Shown here in pieces: positions 24,612 through 39,041 of a DNA stretch of 64,000 nucleotides. The stretch is from Octopus vulgaris (lineage: Eukaryota). The number at the start of each line of letters is the position of its first letter. Position 1 is the first letter of the stretch. A model generated the notes under the pieces. The model made no database searches and was not told where the DNA came from. It saw nothing but the letters and a program-made list of their open reading frames with translations. The position numbers and the translations under genes are program-made. The DNA lies in the NCBI GenBank assembly GCA_951406725.2, contig OX597841.1, positions 13,826,001 to 13,890,000 of the forward strand. The letters run 5' to 3'.

Positions 24612-24763
24612 AACAAGTAGCTTGCTTACCAACCACATGGTTCCGGGTTCAGTCCCACTGCGTGGCACCTTGGGCAAGTGTCTTCTACTATAGCCTTGGG
24701 CCAACCGAAGCCTTGTGAGTGGATTTGGTAGACGGAAACTGAAAGAAGCCCATCATATATATG

Positions 24764-24794
<31 letters not shown>

Positions 24795-25008
24795 ATATGT
24801 TTGTGTGTCAGTGTTTGTCCCCCCAACATTGCTTGACAACCGATGCTGGTGTGTTTACGTTCCCGTCACTTAGAGGTTCGACAAAAGTGAATGATATAAT
24901 AAGTACTAGGCTTACAAAGAATAAGTCCTAGGGTCGATTTGCTCGACTAAAGGTGGTGCTCCAGCATGGCCACAGTCAAATGACTGAAACAAGTAAAAGA
25001 GTAAAGAG
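24612..25008 (+). mobile_element. SINE family A copy (5' slightly truncated)
   Basis: Same sequence as the other family A copies, in plus orientation. Confidence 0.85.
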
Positions 25009-26429
25009 TTTTAAAAAATTGTTGGAAAAGCTCCAATTTTGAAAAATCTGCTAAAGTGGGAGCGGCACTCCCCCTTGCTCCCCTATTAGCTGTGCCACTG
25101 TTTGTTCTTGCAGCAGCATTCACCACCCAGGGTGGATTGACCCATCCAGCTCTAACCAATGGGTTTACCATAAGACATCAGACAGTCACCCCCTAATGTT
25201 CCAGCAGGCAAACAAATGCTTCTGCCCAAACCCACACACACACACACCCACACACACCCTGCAACCCAAAACTCCACCTTGCAAATTTGACAAATAACCT
25301 CACCGGGAGGGCAAGCATGTCAGATAATGCAGACACCATAGCCGTCATGTCATTCATTGATGAGGTATAGAGCAGGTATGTGCTGTCAGTAATTACTCAG
25401 GGTAAGCAGTTGGTGATGTTTATGTAGTAAAATACACAAAAAATAAGCAAAACAGAGGCATGAAATTGAGTTGAAGGCTGATTTCCTTCTGCCTTTATAG
25501 CGCATAAAGAAAACGGTGTTGTAGGAGTGTACGCAGCATGTGTACTACAGCAGTAATATATGTAGCTTAAATACTGAGATTGAAAAGCAGGGGTGAATTA
25601 TGCTGACCTAATCTAGAAAAAAGGAGACACATGGCCAAGTGGTTAGAGCAGCAGACTCGTGGTGAAGGAGGGGCTACTGGGTAGCAGTGATACAGAGGAG
25701 CAGGGGTGTGAGGACAGGATTGGGGACTGAAAGCTAGGCAAGGGGTGAGAGCTGGGCATAGTGATTGAAGGAGGATTGCGAGAAAGAGAAAAGATGTAAA
25801 TTGGTTTGTATTTTTTCTTTACTCCGTCAGTTACGACAACGATGGTCCCAGCTGATTCGATCAACGGAACAGCTTGCTCATGAAATTAACATGCAAGTGG
25901 CTGAGCACTCCACAGACACACGTACCCCTAACATAGTTCTCAGGGGGATTCAGCGGACAGAGAGTGTGACAAGGCTGGCCCTTTGAAATACAGGTACAAA
26001 TCATTTTTGCCAGCTGAGTGGACTGGAGCAACGTGAAATAAAGTGTCTTGCTCAAGGACACCATGTGTTGCCGGGAATTGAACTCACAACCTTACAATCA
26101 TATACTTTACTCGACTGCAAGAGACTGGGTGATACACAGAAAAGGGCCTGTGCTCTTCCCAAGATGACAGGGGCAAGCAGGGGTGGTGGGGTCTTGTGAT
26201 GTTCCCAGGCCATTCCACATTGTCTCATCTGTTTAACCCTAAGAAGGCTGACTTTCAAGGCCTGGCAAATTCATGTTTTCGTTCCGCATTTCAAAATCTT
26301 TCTCTCAAAATCTTTCAATCGATTTCTTTCCCAATAAATGGAAATTAGGTCGGGAGTGGTTCGGAGGGGGGGAGTTGAAACTGGACTTGCCAAGGACGGC
26401 TGGTTTAATGGACCCTATTCAATCTGTTA

Positions 26430-27710
26430 TGGTGGCTTTTGTAGTGGTAGTAGTAGTAGTGGTAGTAGAGGTGGTGAGGATGGCGGTGGTGGTGGCTGTG
26501 ATTGTAGTGGTGATGGTAGTGGTGGTTGTGGTGGTGGTGGTGGTGGTGGATGGTAATAGTAGTGGTGGTCATTGTGGTAGTAGCAGTGGTGGTAGTGGCG
26601 GCGGTGGTAGTGGTGCTGGTGGTAGTGGTGCTGGTAGTAGTAGTAGTAGTAGCAGCAGTAGTAGTAGAGGTGGTGATGGTGGTGGTGGTGGTGGTAGTAG
26701 TGGTAGTGGTGGTGGTCGTCTTAGTGGTAGTAGCAGTTGTAGTAGAGGTGGTGGCGGCGGTGATTGTGGTGGTTGTGGTGGCGGCGGCGGTGGTGGTTGT
26801 GGTAGTGGTGGTAGTCGTGGTGGTAGTCGTGGTGGTGGTGGTGGTGGTGGTGGTGGTGGTGGTGGTGGTGGTGGTGGTAGTATTAGTAGTGGGGAGAGGA
26901 GGGGTGAAGACAGTGATGATGGTCATTTTGAAGAAAATAATTTACTGCCAACGCTACTACCACCACAACCACAACCACCACCACCATTACTACTACTACC
27001 ACTACTACTGCAAGCCATGCGTGTATGGAGACGTGATGTTGTATTGAATCAGTGAAGGCACGAGGTGGAGACTTGACGTCATGACAACCCGACTGACGTA
27101 GGTGTGACGTCAACACAACAACAAAAGGGGGCGGAGCTTCAACAGCGCAGCAGCAGCAGCAGCAGCAACAACAACAACAACAGTAGCCACAACAATGTCT
27201 CCTCCACCACCACCACTGCAGCCGTTGTCATCACTTCAATCACATCGTCGTAATCATCGTTATTTTCCTTGTCATCGTCATTGTCACCATCGTGATCGTC
27301 AGCACCATCATCATCAGCATCATCGTCGTCACAATCTTCGTAATCATCATCATCATCATCGTCGCAATCATCACCGTCATCAACACCATTATCACTGGTG
27401 GGGGTTGGGGTGGCTGTCATCCCCACTGTCACCACAGCATCACATTGTCATCATCATCACCACCATTACCACTACCACCACCACCACCACCATCATCATC
27501 ACCATCATCATCATCACCACCATCATCATCATCATCATCACCACCACTACCATCACCACCAACAACTACCATCACCACCAACAACAACATCATCATCATC
27601 ATCACCATCATCATCACCATCACTACTACCATCACTACCACCATCATCACCACCACTGCCTCAATGCCACTACCACCATCAACATCACAACCTCCACCAC
27701 CACCACCACC

Positions 27711-27741
<31 letters not shown>

Positions 27742-27911
27742 CCGCCACCAACACCATCACCATCACTACAACTTCCACCACCACCACCACCATCATCATC
27801 ATCAACATTACTACCACCACCGCAACCATCATCACCATCACTACTACCATCACTACCAGCAGCACCACCACCATCATCATCATCATCATCACCATCATCA
27901 TCATCACCACC

Positions 27912-27945
<34 letters not shown>

Positions 27946-28451
27946 CATCACCACAACCATCATCACCATCACTACCACCATCCTCCACCACCACCACCAC
28001 CGCCACCTATACCACCACCACCACCACCACCACCACCACCACCATCATCACCATCATCATCACCAACAGTATCAACAATCAAGATCTCCAAGTAAAGGAA
28101 AGACGCATTAAACAGTGTAGTCCTAGATACACCATGACTAACAACAACAAAAAACAAACAAACACAAAATCAAAAAGGCAGTATGTTCAGAATGGAATGG
28201 CTTTGATCATAGGTTTGTCCCCCTTCTGGCCAACCTAGGGTTAAACAACGCAAACTGCAACAGCAACAATGGAATTCTCTAGAAGGATGATACCACCACC
28301 ACCACCACCACTACTACAATTGCCTCTACTGCTGCTACTACTGCCACTACTACTACCACCACCACCACCACCACCACCACCACCACCACCACCACTACTA
28401 CAATTGCTTCTACTGCTGCTACTACTACCACTACCACCACCACCACCACCG

Positions 28452-28483
<32 letters not shown>

Positions 28484-28566
28484 GCCACTACAACTACCAC
28501 CACCACCACCACCACTACTACAATTGCCTCTACTGCTGCTACTACTACCACCACCACCACCACTAC

Positions 28567-28602
<36 letters not shown>

Positions 28603-28618
28603 TAATGCTACTACTACA

Positions 28619-28696
<78 letters not shown>

Positions 28697-28760
28697 ACCA
28701 TGATGACCACTGCTATCAGAAACAGCACTACCACCACAACCAAGCACCACCACCACCACA
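26430..28760. repeat. Complex (GGT/AGT/CAT/CAC)n trinucleotide block interrupted by a unique island at ~27010-27140
   Basis: Direct inspection. Confidence 0.9.
27074..27137. promoter_or_regulatory. Cluster of CRE sites plus GC box
   Basis: TGACGTCA at 27074-27081 and 27105-27112, TGACGTAG at 27094-27101, GGGGCGGAGC at 27128-27137. Confidence 0.6.
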
Positions 28761-29055
28761 ACAATGTCCCATCCACCCCCCACCCTCCCGGACCATCACT
28801 ACTACCACTACACCACTACCTCCTATACCACATCGGTGTTGCCACCGCCGTCGCCGCCACGACTATCAACTCATCGCATCTTTCGGGTCTGCTGTGGTCA
28901 ATCGATAACTATGAATGTCAAGAGGGTCTGATGACCTTCACGCTGGCCTCTGACCTCTGAAGGTCAAGCAAAAATCTCCAGATGATTCCATGAACATGGA
29001 ATTGTGTCCTTCCTTGCATGTGATTGTGTATAGGTATATACATTCCTCAACATGG

Positions 29056-29274
<219 letters not shown>

Positions 29275-30099
29275 ATATATATATAAATATGTATATATAC
29301 ATATATATATATATAGAGAGAGAGAAAGATCTGTAATATAATATGTGACAATTATTCAGTTGCCATTATATAAGACTCCTGAGTTTCGGATGTCCGGACG
29401 GAAACCTGGTCCAGCATCTTGTCAAATACCGAGGACGAGATGTTGGAGCAAGGTTCCTTCCGCCCCAACATATATTACAGATAAATTCTTCTATTTACAT
29501 AATATCCAAAGAATCTTTTCATTCTTTTGTTGTCTTACCATTACTATTAATATATACTATTATATATATATATATATATATCTATATATATATATATGTA
29601 TATGACTGGGGATGAATTGAATTCAGCTGGTGTGTGTGGAAATGAAGTTAATCCAAACAAGAAAGCACAAAAAAAAACACAATAACGCAGGGACATGAAA
29701 CAAATATAGAATTATTGGATGCTCAGGAAAGAAGGAAAGAAGGAGGGTTTAACGTTTCGAGCAGAGCTCTTCGTCGGAAACATAGGAGAAGGAAAGATCC
29801 AGAGAAGGGAAGACAGAGGGGAAAAAAATCGCCAACGGTACACATATGTATACATGTATATTTATATATGTATATGTATATATATATATATCTTTATATA
29901 TGTATATGTATATATATATAAACAATGATAAATCTCAGAGCGAGTTATAAACAGTAGCGCAACACATTGTGACGTATATTTGCCATTTGAATATGGCTAA
30001 CCCCTATAGCCAGCTGGAGGAGGTGTCTTCCTGGGGCTACAAACTACAGTAGCATCCACCCTTAGGGGTTAGCCATATTCAAATGGCAAATATACGTCA

Positions 30100-30138
<39 letters not shown>

Positions 30139-30139
30139 T

Positions 30140-30178
<39 letters not shown>

Positions 30179-30597
30179 TGTTATTAATCCAAAGAAGTGA
30201 AGGAAAGGAAGAAATGAAGTTGAACATACAACGTAGGAATACACTTGACCAGTTTCACATTAGACATTCAAAGTTGTACAATCTATGGAGAGCTGAGTCA
30301 CGAACTGTACCTATTCTGGGCATTGTTATAAAAACAGTCTTTAGAAAGTAGGAATGCGGCTCACAATGCTATCCTTTGATGTACAAACTGCTTGGTCAAT
30401 GTTCATGTGTTATGCTCATGTGACAATCGCACTAGAAGGCCACGTAAAAGCTTTTCTCCATTGAATATGTCATGAGACAGTTAGAAAAGATATATGAATA
30501 AGTGATATTATAACTGTTTATTATTCTGTCGAAGAATAGCATTATGAATCATTAAGAATTCCTTCCCATTGGACATGTTGCAACACAAGGTGTGGCG

Positions 30598-30679
<82 letters not shown>

Positions 30680-31185
30680 CGCTCAGTCAAAGTCGACTCT
30701 CGGTCACTCGTTGGATCAGTGTCCTCCAGTCAGTTCTATCCTGGGCCGCTTCTTTCAGATTGGCCATGTCCATTCCGGTATCACTCTTGATGGTGTCAAG
30801 CCAGCGGGTTCTTGGTCGGCCTCTTCCTCTCTTGCCATTGACCATTCCGAGCATAATGTCCTTCTCCTGGGATTATCTCCGCATAATATGACCAAAATAT
30901 GTCAATCTATGCTTGGTGATCCCAGCTTCTAGCGACAGTTTCGGCCTGATCTGCTTAAGAACTTCTCCATTGGTCGGCCTCTTCCTCTCTTGCCACTGAC
31001 CATTCCAAGCATGATGTCCTTCTCCTGGGATTATCTCCGCATAATATGACCAAAATATGTCAATCTATGCTTGGTGATCCCAGCTTCTAGCGACAGTTTT
31101 GGCTTGATCTGGTTAAGAACTTCTCCATTGGTGAGCCTCGCTGTCCATGGAATCCGTAAAAGTCTTCTCCAACACCAAAGCTCTT
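30680..31185 (-). mobile_element. RTE (BovB-like) LINE 3' fragment with internal ~170-bp tandem duplication
   Basis: Minus translation PWTARLTN.EVL..I....SLEAGITKHRLTYFGHIMRR...EKDIMLG...GKRKRGRP; the block is repeated twice. Confidence 0.8.
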
Positions 31186-31247
31186 CTGGTAGATAACCAG
31201 TTCAAGGAAATTACCAAAATATTAGCACCAAGCAGTGTTCAGGCATA

Positions 31248-31278
<31 letters not shown>

Positions 31279-31394
31279 CAAAATTTAGAGGAATGACCAC
31301 TAGTGCTTATTCTATCGGTCTCTTTTGCCAAACCACTAGATTACAGGGACAGAAACATACCAACATCAGTTGTCAAGTAATGGTGTTGGGGGTA

Positions 31395-31445
<51 letters not shown>

Positions 31446-31656
31446 GCAATGGGCTTCCTTTAGTTTCCATCTATCAATTCCACTCACTAGGCTTTGGTTG
31501 GCCCGGGGCTATAGTAGAAGACACTTGCCCACTCAAGTACCACTCAGTGAGACTGAACCCGGAACCATGTGTTTGGGAAGCAAGCTTCTTACCACACAGC
31601 CAATGACTCCTGGGTGCACCTTCTGCTGACATTTTTTAACCATTTGGATATTGGAT

Positions 31657-31719
<63 letters not shown>

Positions 31720-31836
31720 TGCGTTTATGTGTGTGTGCTCCACCAACCCCTCTAGCAGGAAACTTAAGGTTCTGGATGTTGTGCAGGTTATACTAAAATA
31801 CCAAAGCACATACACGCACACATATGCACATTCACA

Positions 31837-31894
<58 letters not shown>

Positions 31895-31927
31895 TACACA
31901 CACACACACACACATATTGCTACTTAC

Positions 31928-32006
31928 CAACAAACACCTCCGGGTTGTGAGACAAATATTTGGTTTCAAACTCCTTCAGTGTTGACATTGCGGTTTCTTT
32001 CACCAT
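31928..32006 (-). CDS. SNCAIP: Synphilin-1-like gene, probable first coding exon (MVKETAMSTLKEFETKYLSHNPEVFV); whole exon 31928-32201 including 5'UTR
   Basis: Acceptor ctatcttttatttcag ending at 32202; ATG 32006-32004 preceded by in-frame TGA (32037-32039); donor G|gtaagt in phase 1 matches exon 18795. Confidence 0.7.
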
Positions 32007-32301
32007 GGGGCCAGTGTGAGGGAGGCAGAAAGGGCCTCAATCAACCTCCTTTTACTACCACCAACACCACCACCACCACGTGCGAACAGTGGTATGTTGT
32101 GGTCAAATGTGATGTCTGGTGGGGAAGGTAGTGCTGGACGGGTTAGTGTCTTCTCCCATAAACAGATGTTTGGTAGCACCGCTTCATGTCATCCAGTACA
32201 ACTGAAATAAAAGATAGAGAAGGGAAACAAGTAGTAATGGTGGTGGAGGTGGGGGTGGTAGTAGTATTAGTAGTAGTAGTAGTAGTAGTAGCAGCAGCAG
32301 C

Positions 32302-32340
<39 letters not shown>

Positions 32341-32538
32341 GGTGGTGGTGGTGGTGGTGGTGGTGGTGGTGGTGGAGGTAGTGGTGGTGGTGGAGGTGCT
32401 GGTGGTGGAGGTGGTGGCGGCGGCGGTGATGGTGGAGATGGTAGTAGTAGTAGTAGTGATGGTGGTGGTAGTAGTAGTAGTAGCAGTGGTGTGTTGGTGG
32501 TGATGGTGGTGGTAGTTGTAGTGTTCGTGTTTGTAGTG

Positions 32539-32595
<57 letters not shown>

Positions 32596-34610
32596 ATGGT
32601 AGTGATAGTGGTGGTAGTAGAAGTGGCAGTGGTGTGGTGGTGGTGTGGTGATGGTAGTAGTAGTAGTAGTGGAGGAAGAGGTGCTAGTGAGAAAAGATAG
32701 GGGGGGGGGGGATGTTAGCCCTGACCATAATTAAGCTTTATTATTTATATGAGAAGTGCTCTTCATTACAACCCCAGGTTCTCGTGTGGACAAGTAGCAA
32801 ACTACGGCTGGTTGCCCTTCCTAATGCCAACCACTCTGAGAGTGTAATAGGTGCTTTTATGTGCCACCAGCATGAGTGCCATTTGCGTGACACCGTTTTC
32901 TGCCACGACTGCGATTTTGCTGGGTTTGATGGGTCTTCTTCTCAAGCACGACTTAATGCCAAAGGTTTTGGCCATTGCCTCCTTGAGGCCCAACACTTGA
33001 AAGGAACTCAGCAGGTGGGGGACACCCACCATCAATACCTATTTCTTTTCTACCCACAAGGGGCTAAACACAGAGAGGACAAACAAGGACAGACAAACGG
33101 ATTAAGTCAATTATATCGACCCCAGTGCATAACTGGTACTTAATTTATCGACCCCGAGAGGATGAAAGGCAAATTCGACCTCAGCGGAATTTGAACTCAG
33201 CAACGTACCCAAGGATAAGGCAAGCGGCAGACAGACGAAATACCGCTAAGCATTTCGCCTGGCGTGCTAACGATTCTGCCAGCACACCGCCTGCCCACCA
33301 TCAATACCACCACCATCACCATCCGTACCTCAACCACCTCAACCAAGGATATACAATACTTGAAAGGAACTACTATCTATATATATAGGCTCCAGTCTGA
33401 TCTGGCAGAGTTTCTACAGCTGGATGCCCTTCCTACTGCCAACCACTCCATGAGTGTAGTGGGTGCTTTTGATGTGCCGCCGGCACAAGGGCCAGTCAGC
33501 TGGTACTGGCATTGACCATGCTCCTCGAATGGTGCTTTTTATGTGGCATGGGGAGCCAGTCCCTTGGGACTGTCACACATATATATATATACTATTTATC
33601 AGCACGGATCTTTGTCAGTGAACAGGTCGCAGTCTTAAAGAGACGAAAATATTTTGACAAATTAAACTTAAATGTTGAAGTGAATCTAATGGTTTCTCTG
33701 TGTTTCTTAAATGGCTTATAAACACCTTCCACGCTGCAATTGTTTTCGTTCCAGCACATGATCTCAGATCAGGTCACTTGCTATGCGAGTACATCTCCTT
33801 AATATAATTATATTTTTTTCATTTTCACAACACACACACACACACACCTAATCTCTTACTTATATAGATTCTTTTGATGGTGGTGTTGGTGATGTTGATG
33901 GTGGTTGTGTTTATGGGGCAGGGAACAGCGGTGGGGGGGGGGAAGACAAGGGAGAACAATGTGTGACACTGAGACCCAGTTCACACAACTTCTTTACATG
34001 ACATTCTTTATTCACAGGGGAAGAGAAGAGGGGGGAGGAGGTGGAGAGGAGAGGGGAGGAAAGAGAAGGAGAGAGAGAGAGAGAGAAATGTTACTAGAAT
34101 AAAGGCACTACTACCATAAACACCTACCATCAATACCACCACCACCACCACCACCTCTACCACTGATATACACACCTACCCATTCTCCCTTACTACCCAC
34201 CACCCCACCTGTCTAAACTAATCTAACTGTTTCTCCATCTTGTCTTCCACCACCACCACCACCACTGCCATAACCACCCTAGGCTACCCAAGGTCACCAC
34301 CACCACCACCACCAACACTACCATACACATCTACCAACATTCTCACACCCATAAACCAATCTACCAACAAGCTATCATCATCATCATCATCATCATCCAC
34401 TTACCAACCTACAACACCATTCATAGTTTTTCACCTGACTTCTCTCTCTTTTCACATCTAAATATATAGACACACACACACACACACACATGCACACACA
34501 CACTTATATATACATAAATAGGTATGCACACACTTGAAAGGAACTCAGCGGGTGGGGGGGACACCCACCATCAATACCACCACCATCACCATCACAATAT
34601 CTATATCTAC

Positions 34611-34650
<40 letters not shown>

Positions 34651-34651
34651 A

Positions 34652-34790
<139 letters not shown>

Positions 34791-35131
34791 GTCTATATGT
34801 AGCTTTTAAGCTGAAGTAGAGACAGCATGTTCCTTGTCTATCTCCTTACCTTCTTGGAGGTTTTAGGTAAAATTATACTACTGTGTCCATTTGTTTTAAT
34901 TTTATTTAATTCTATGTCTTTGTGCAACTGAGGATTGCTCTGCATTTAAATTGATGTAATGATTGCATTGTTCAATTAAATGGAGTTACTTGAAACGATT
35001 GTACTGCATTACCTCTGGATATCCTGTTGCTTATTTTGATGATATGAAAATATATATGCATAAATAGGTATTTTCATGCATACACACAAATGTATATCAA
35101 TCTATCAATCTATATCTATATCTATCTATCT

Positions 35132-35172
<41 letters not shown>

Positions 35173-35179
35173 AATTTTT

Positions 35180-36060
35180 TGCGTAATGGGATAAAAAACC
35201 ATGGCTGTATAGATATTAGAGCATTTATAGATAGGTCTTACAGCTGTTTCTTGGATATTAATCAATAATATCCCTTCATCGGAGACTGTGTGAGAGGGTA
35301 AATAAAGTCATAGTTAGTTTCGATGTGATACACATAGAGAGTGAGGTGGAGGAAAGAAAATAGATGTAAGATATGTATGGGTATTGAATTTGTAAATCTG
35401 TTTTATAGGCATAATGGTATATATGCAATATTCCAATATCCTTTGAGTAAAATCCAAAAGTCCGACAGAGTTTATTTAATATGAGTCCTTCCAAATATAG
35501 ATTTTATAAGCAATGTAAGATTCTCTTAAAGTTGGTCATTCCCAGAGTGTGGCAGAGTCAAGATTTACATTTAAAAAAAAAATTTTTTTTTATGTATTTA
35601 ACCGACAGTTGAGTTTCTGACAACTGTAGTAAAATGACTGACTTCTTCCTTTTTATACATCTAACAAGACTCCAACAAGCTGATTCTTTTTTTAAATGAT
35701 TTTGACCACTCAGCATGCAGCTTAAACATCCTTTAACCGGGCATACCGATATTACTGGCATAGAACCCACCTTTACTTTAACCAATTAGCTTGCAGTTTA
35801 CACGTAATGGTCTTATGATTGAGCAAAGTTAGTTAGTTTCGGTCATTTTTATATTAATTGGTGGTTGTCTTTTTTATAATTAGTTTATATCCAGATGTTT
35901 TTTTAATTCAAACCATAAAACTTGGTTGTTATATTAATGTTGGTAATTCTCCTTCAGAACAGGTTTGAACATTTTAAGAAAACAAGTTTCTTTTGTCTTT
36001 CTTCCAACCTCACTTGAGTCATGTAGTTTGTGGAAAGGGAAAATTAGAAACCTCAGACTA
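35180..36060 (-). mobile_element. Degenerate Penelope-like element 3' part with hammerhead-like motif at 35235-35286
   Basis: Minus strand reads GUCU CCGAUGA ag GGAUAUUA/UAAUAUCC aa GAAAC AGCU GUA AGAC. AT-rich decayed coding-like sequence lies upstream; inserted at (TA)n. Confidence 0.45.
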
Positions 36061-36196
36061 CATTATCCTATACACGTTTACACAAATTCAGGAAAAAAAC
36101 ATATATATGCATATGTATATAAGTGCAGGAGTGGCTGTGTGGTAAGAAGCTTACTTCCCAACCATAAAGTTCTGGGTTCAGACTATGAATATTTAA

Positions 36197-36426
36197 GGCG
36201 GCGAGCTGGCAAAAGCGTTAGCACGCCGGGTGAAATGCGTAGCCGTATTTCATCTGCCGTTACGTTCCGAGTTCAAATTCCGCCAAGGCCAACTTTGCCT
36301 TTCATCCTTTCGGGGTCGATTAAATAAGTACCAGTTATGCACTGGGGGTCGATGTAATCGACTTAATCCGTTTGTCTGTCCTTGTTTGTCCCCTCTGTGT
36401 TTAGCCCCTTATGGGCAGTAAAGAAA
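36197..36426 (+). mobile_element. SINE family B, full length
   Basis: ggcggcgagctggc..cgttagc head, B box and conserved core; a near-identical copy lies at 37422-37655. Confidence 0.8.
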
Positions 36427-37183
36427 TATATATCAGACTATGGTACTTTGAACAAGTGTCTTGTTCTGTAGCCTTAGGTCGACCAGAGCCTCATGGGTGG
36501 ATTTGGTAGCCAGAAACTCTAAGAAGCTCATCATATATGTGTGTGTGTGTGTGTATCTGTTTGTGTGTATGTGTGTGTGTTTGTCCCTGCCCGCCATCAC
36601 TTGACAACCGATGGTGGTGTGTTTATGTCCCCGTAACTTAGCGGTTCGGCAAAAGAAACCAATAGAATAAGTACTAGGCTTACAAAGAATAAGTCCTGGG
36701 CTTGTTTTGTTTATCGGATGGCGGTGCTCCAGCATGGCCACAGTCAAATAACTGAAACAAGTAAAGGAATACAAGAATATATACATTCATACATATATAC
36801 ACACACACATTTATATATATATATATATATATATAAATGCATGCATACATACATACACACACCTACCTACATACAAACATACATGCACATATGTAAGTGT
36901 ATATGTGTCTATGTATGTGTTTATGTATGCGTATGTATAACAAAGGTGAACTTGCCCCACTTCTTCTTTCATCACAGGGACAGAATGTACTCATTCACAC
37001 ACACACACACACACACACCTGTAATTTCTTGTGACATTTCGGGGGGGGGGGGGCCTGATAGTAGTGATGATGATGGTGGTGGTGGTAGTATTGGTGGTGG
37101 TGATGGTGGTGGTGGTGGTGGCATTGTTATTGTTAGGCTCCTCAGTTAAACAATACCTGTGAATCTACATAGGAATTTCTTAC

Positions 37184-37285
37184 CTGTAGAACCATCAACA
37201 AATGAACAAACTAAGGTTTTTTTCTTATTACCTCCCCACCTCACGGCCTTCAGGTGTATTTCCAGAAATTGTGTCAGTATGTTTA
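37184..37285 (-). other. Candidate (alternative) 5'UTR exon of the synphilin-like gene
   Basis: Consensus donor CAG|GTAAGA at 37184/37183 in a short unique island; upper boundary uncertain. Confidence 0.35.
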
Positions 37286-37288
37286 AAG

Positions 37289-37319
<31 letters not shown>

Positions 37320-38213
37320 TGTATGTATGTATGTATAGCAGTAACTCCATGAATTCATAGCGATATCTGAAGAAGGAATTTTTATATTCTGAAATATTAT
37401 TATATCAGACTATGGATAATTAAAGCGGCGAGCTGGCAGAAACGTTAGCACACCGGGCGAAATGCGTAGCTGTATTTCATCTGCCGTTACACTCTGAGTT
37501 CAAATTCCACCGAGGTCGACTTTGCCTTTCATCCTTTCGGGGTCGATAAATTAATTACCAGTTTACGCACTGGGGTCGATGTAATCGACTTAATCCGTTT
37601 CTCTGTCCTTGTTTGTCCCCTCTGTGTTTAGTCCCTTGTGGGCAGTAAAGAAATAGGTATCAGACTATGGCTAATCAAATTACAACAGTTTTTATAGTTC
37701 ACTCTGTATTGTTGTGCCATTCAAGACATGTTATATTTTGATATATATAAATGTTCCAATTTATGATGAAAGGTCCAGAGGAACGGTTACAAGGTAGCCA
37801 AATGTCACCCAAGTGCCCAAGAATTAGTAATCACACTAATATATTTATATATATATATTTCATCATCATCATCATCATCGGCAGCGCTGGCAATGGCCAC
37901 GTTCGGATGGTTCTCTTATGTGCCACCGGTACTGGTATCACAACTACAATTTCCATTGATGTTGATCGATTTTGATTTTGATTTTGATTTTGATTTTCAC
38001 TTGCCTCAACAGGTTTTCACAAGTAGAGTTTTGTGTCCCAAGAAGGAAAGGTATGCATAAGTGGACTGGCTACATCCCAGGTAGAGGCCATGGGTTATGG
38101 TCTCACTTGTCCTAAAAAACTTTTTGTAAAAGTTCCTACCAATAATGGTTCTCTTTCCATACCAAAACTACTTAGTAAAATTTATTAATTTGAAATTAAT
38201 AATTATTTACCAT

Positions 38214-38269
<56 letters not shown>

Positions 38270-38955
38270 AAGTTAATCCAAACAAGAAAGCACAAAAAAC
38301 ACAACAACGCGAGGACGTGGAACAAATATAGTATTATTGGACGCTCAGGAAAGAAGGAAAGAAGGAGGGTTTAACGTTTCGAGCGGAGCTCTTCGTCAGA
38401 AACATAGGAGTAGGAATAGAGATAAAACCACTATTAGGCAAATCAAACAGTGAAAAACATAAACCAAAATATAGAAATAAAATTAATTAATATAACATAC
38501 TAATTTAATTTATATTTATACTGTAAAATTAGGTTTAATCTTAAATCTAATTTTTCCCTGTAAGTTTGGATTTACTCCCTAATATTATTATATATATATA
38601 TATAGGTTAGCTGAGTTGGAAGTTAAAATAACCATCTGAGGGATAGGTGTAGCCGTTACACTACCGGTATATTACCTATGTTTAACCATGGGCACACATA
38701 TGCAAGCATATTATGTTCATAAATTACAGGTAAAGAGAAGGATAAGCATGAGTTTCTTAAGAATCAGAATTTAAAGAAATCAGAGAATGGAGAATTATTG
38801 ATGGACAACAATTGACTTGGATCAATTATTATTTATTATTTATTTTTTAGCTGTTGGATGGGATGCTGTCCGTTTGCTTTGAATCGATAAATAATAAAAT
38901 AATAATTGATGGAAATCAATTGTTGCTCATCGATATTTCTTCATTTGTTGTCTCC

Positions 38956-39041
<86 letters not shown>

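Noticed and set aside
26273-28783. Long Gly/Thr/His/Pro-rich ORFs (up to 347 aa)
   Set aside because: Open in several frames on both strands because of trinucleotide repeats; no coherent exon boundaries.
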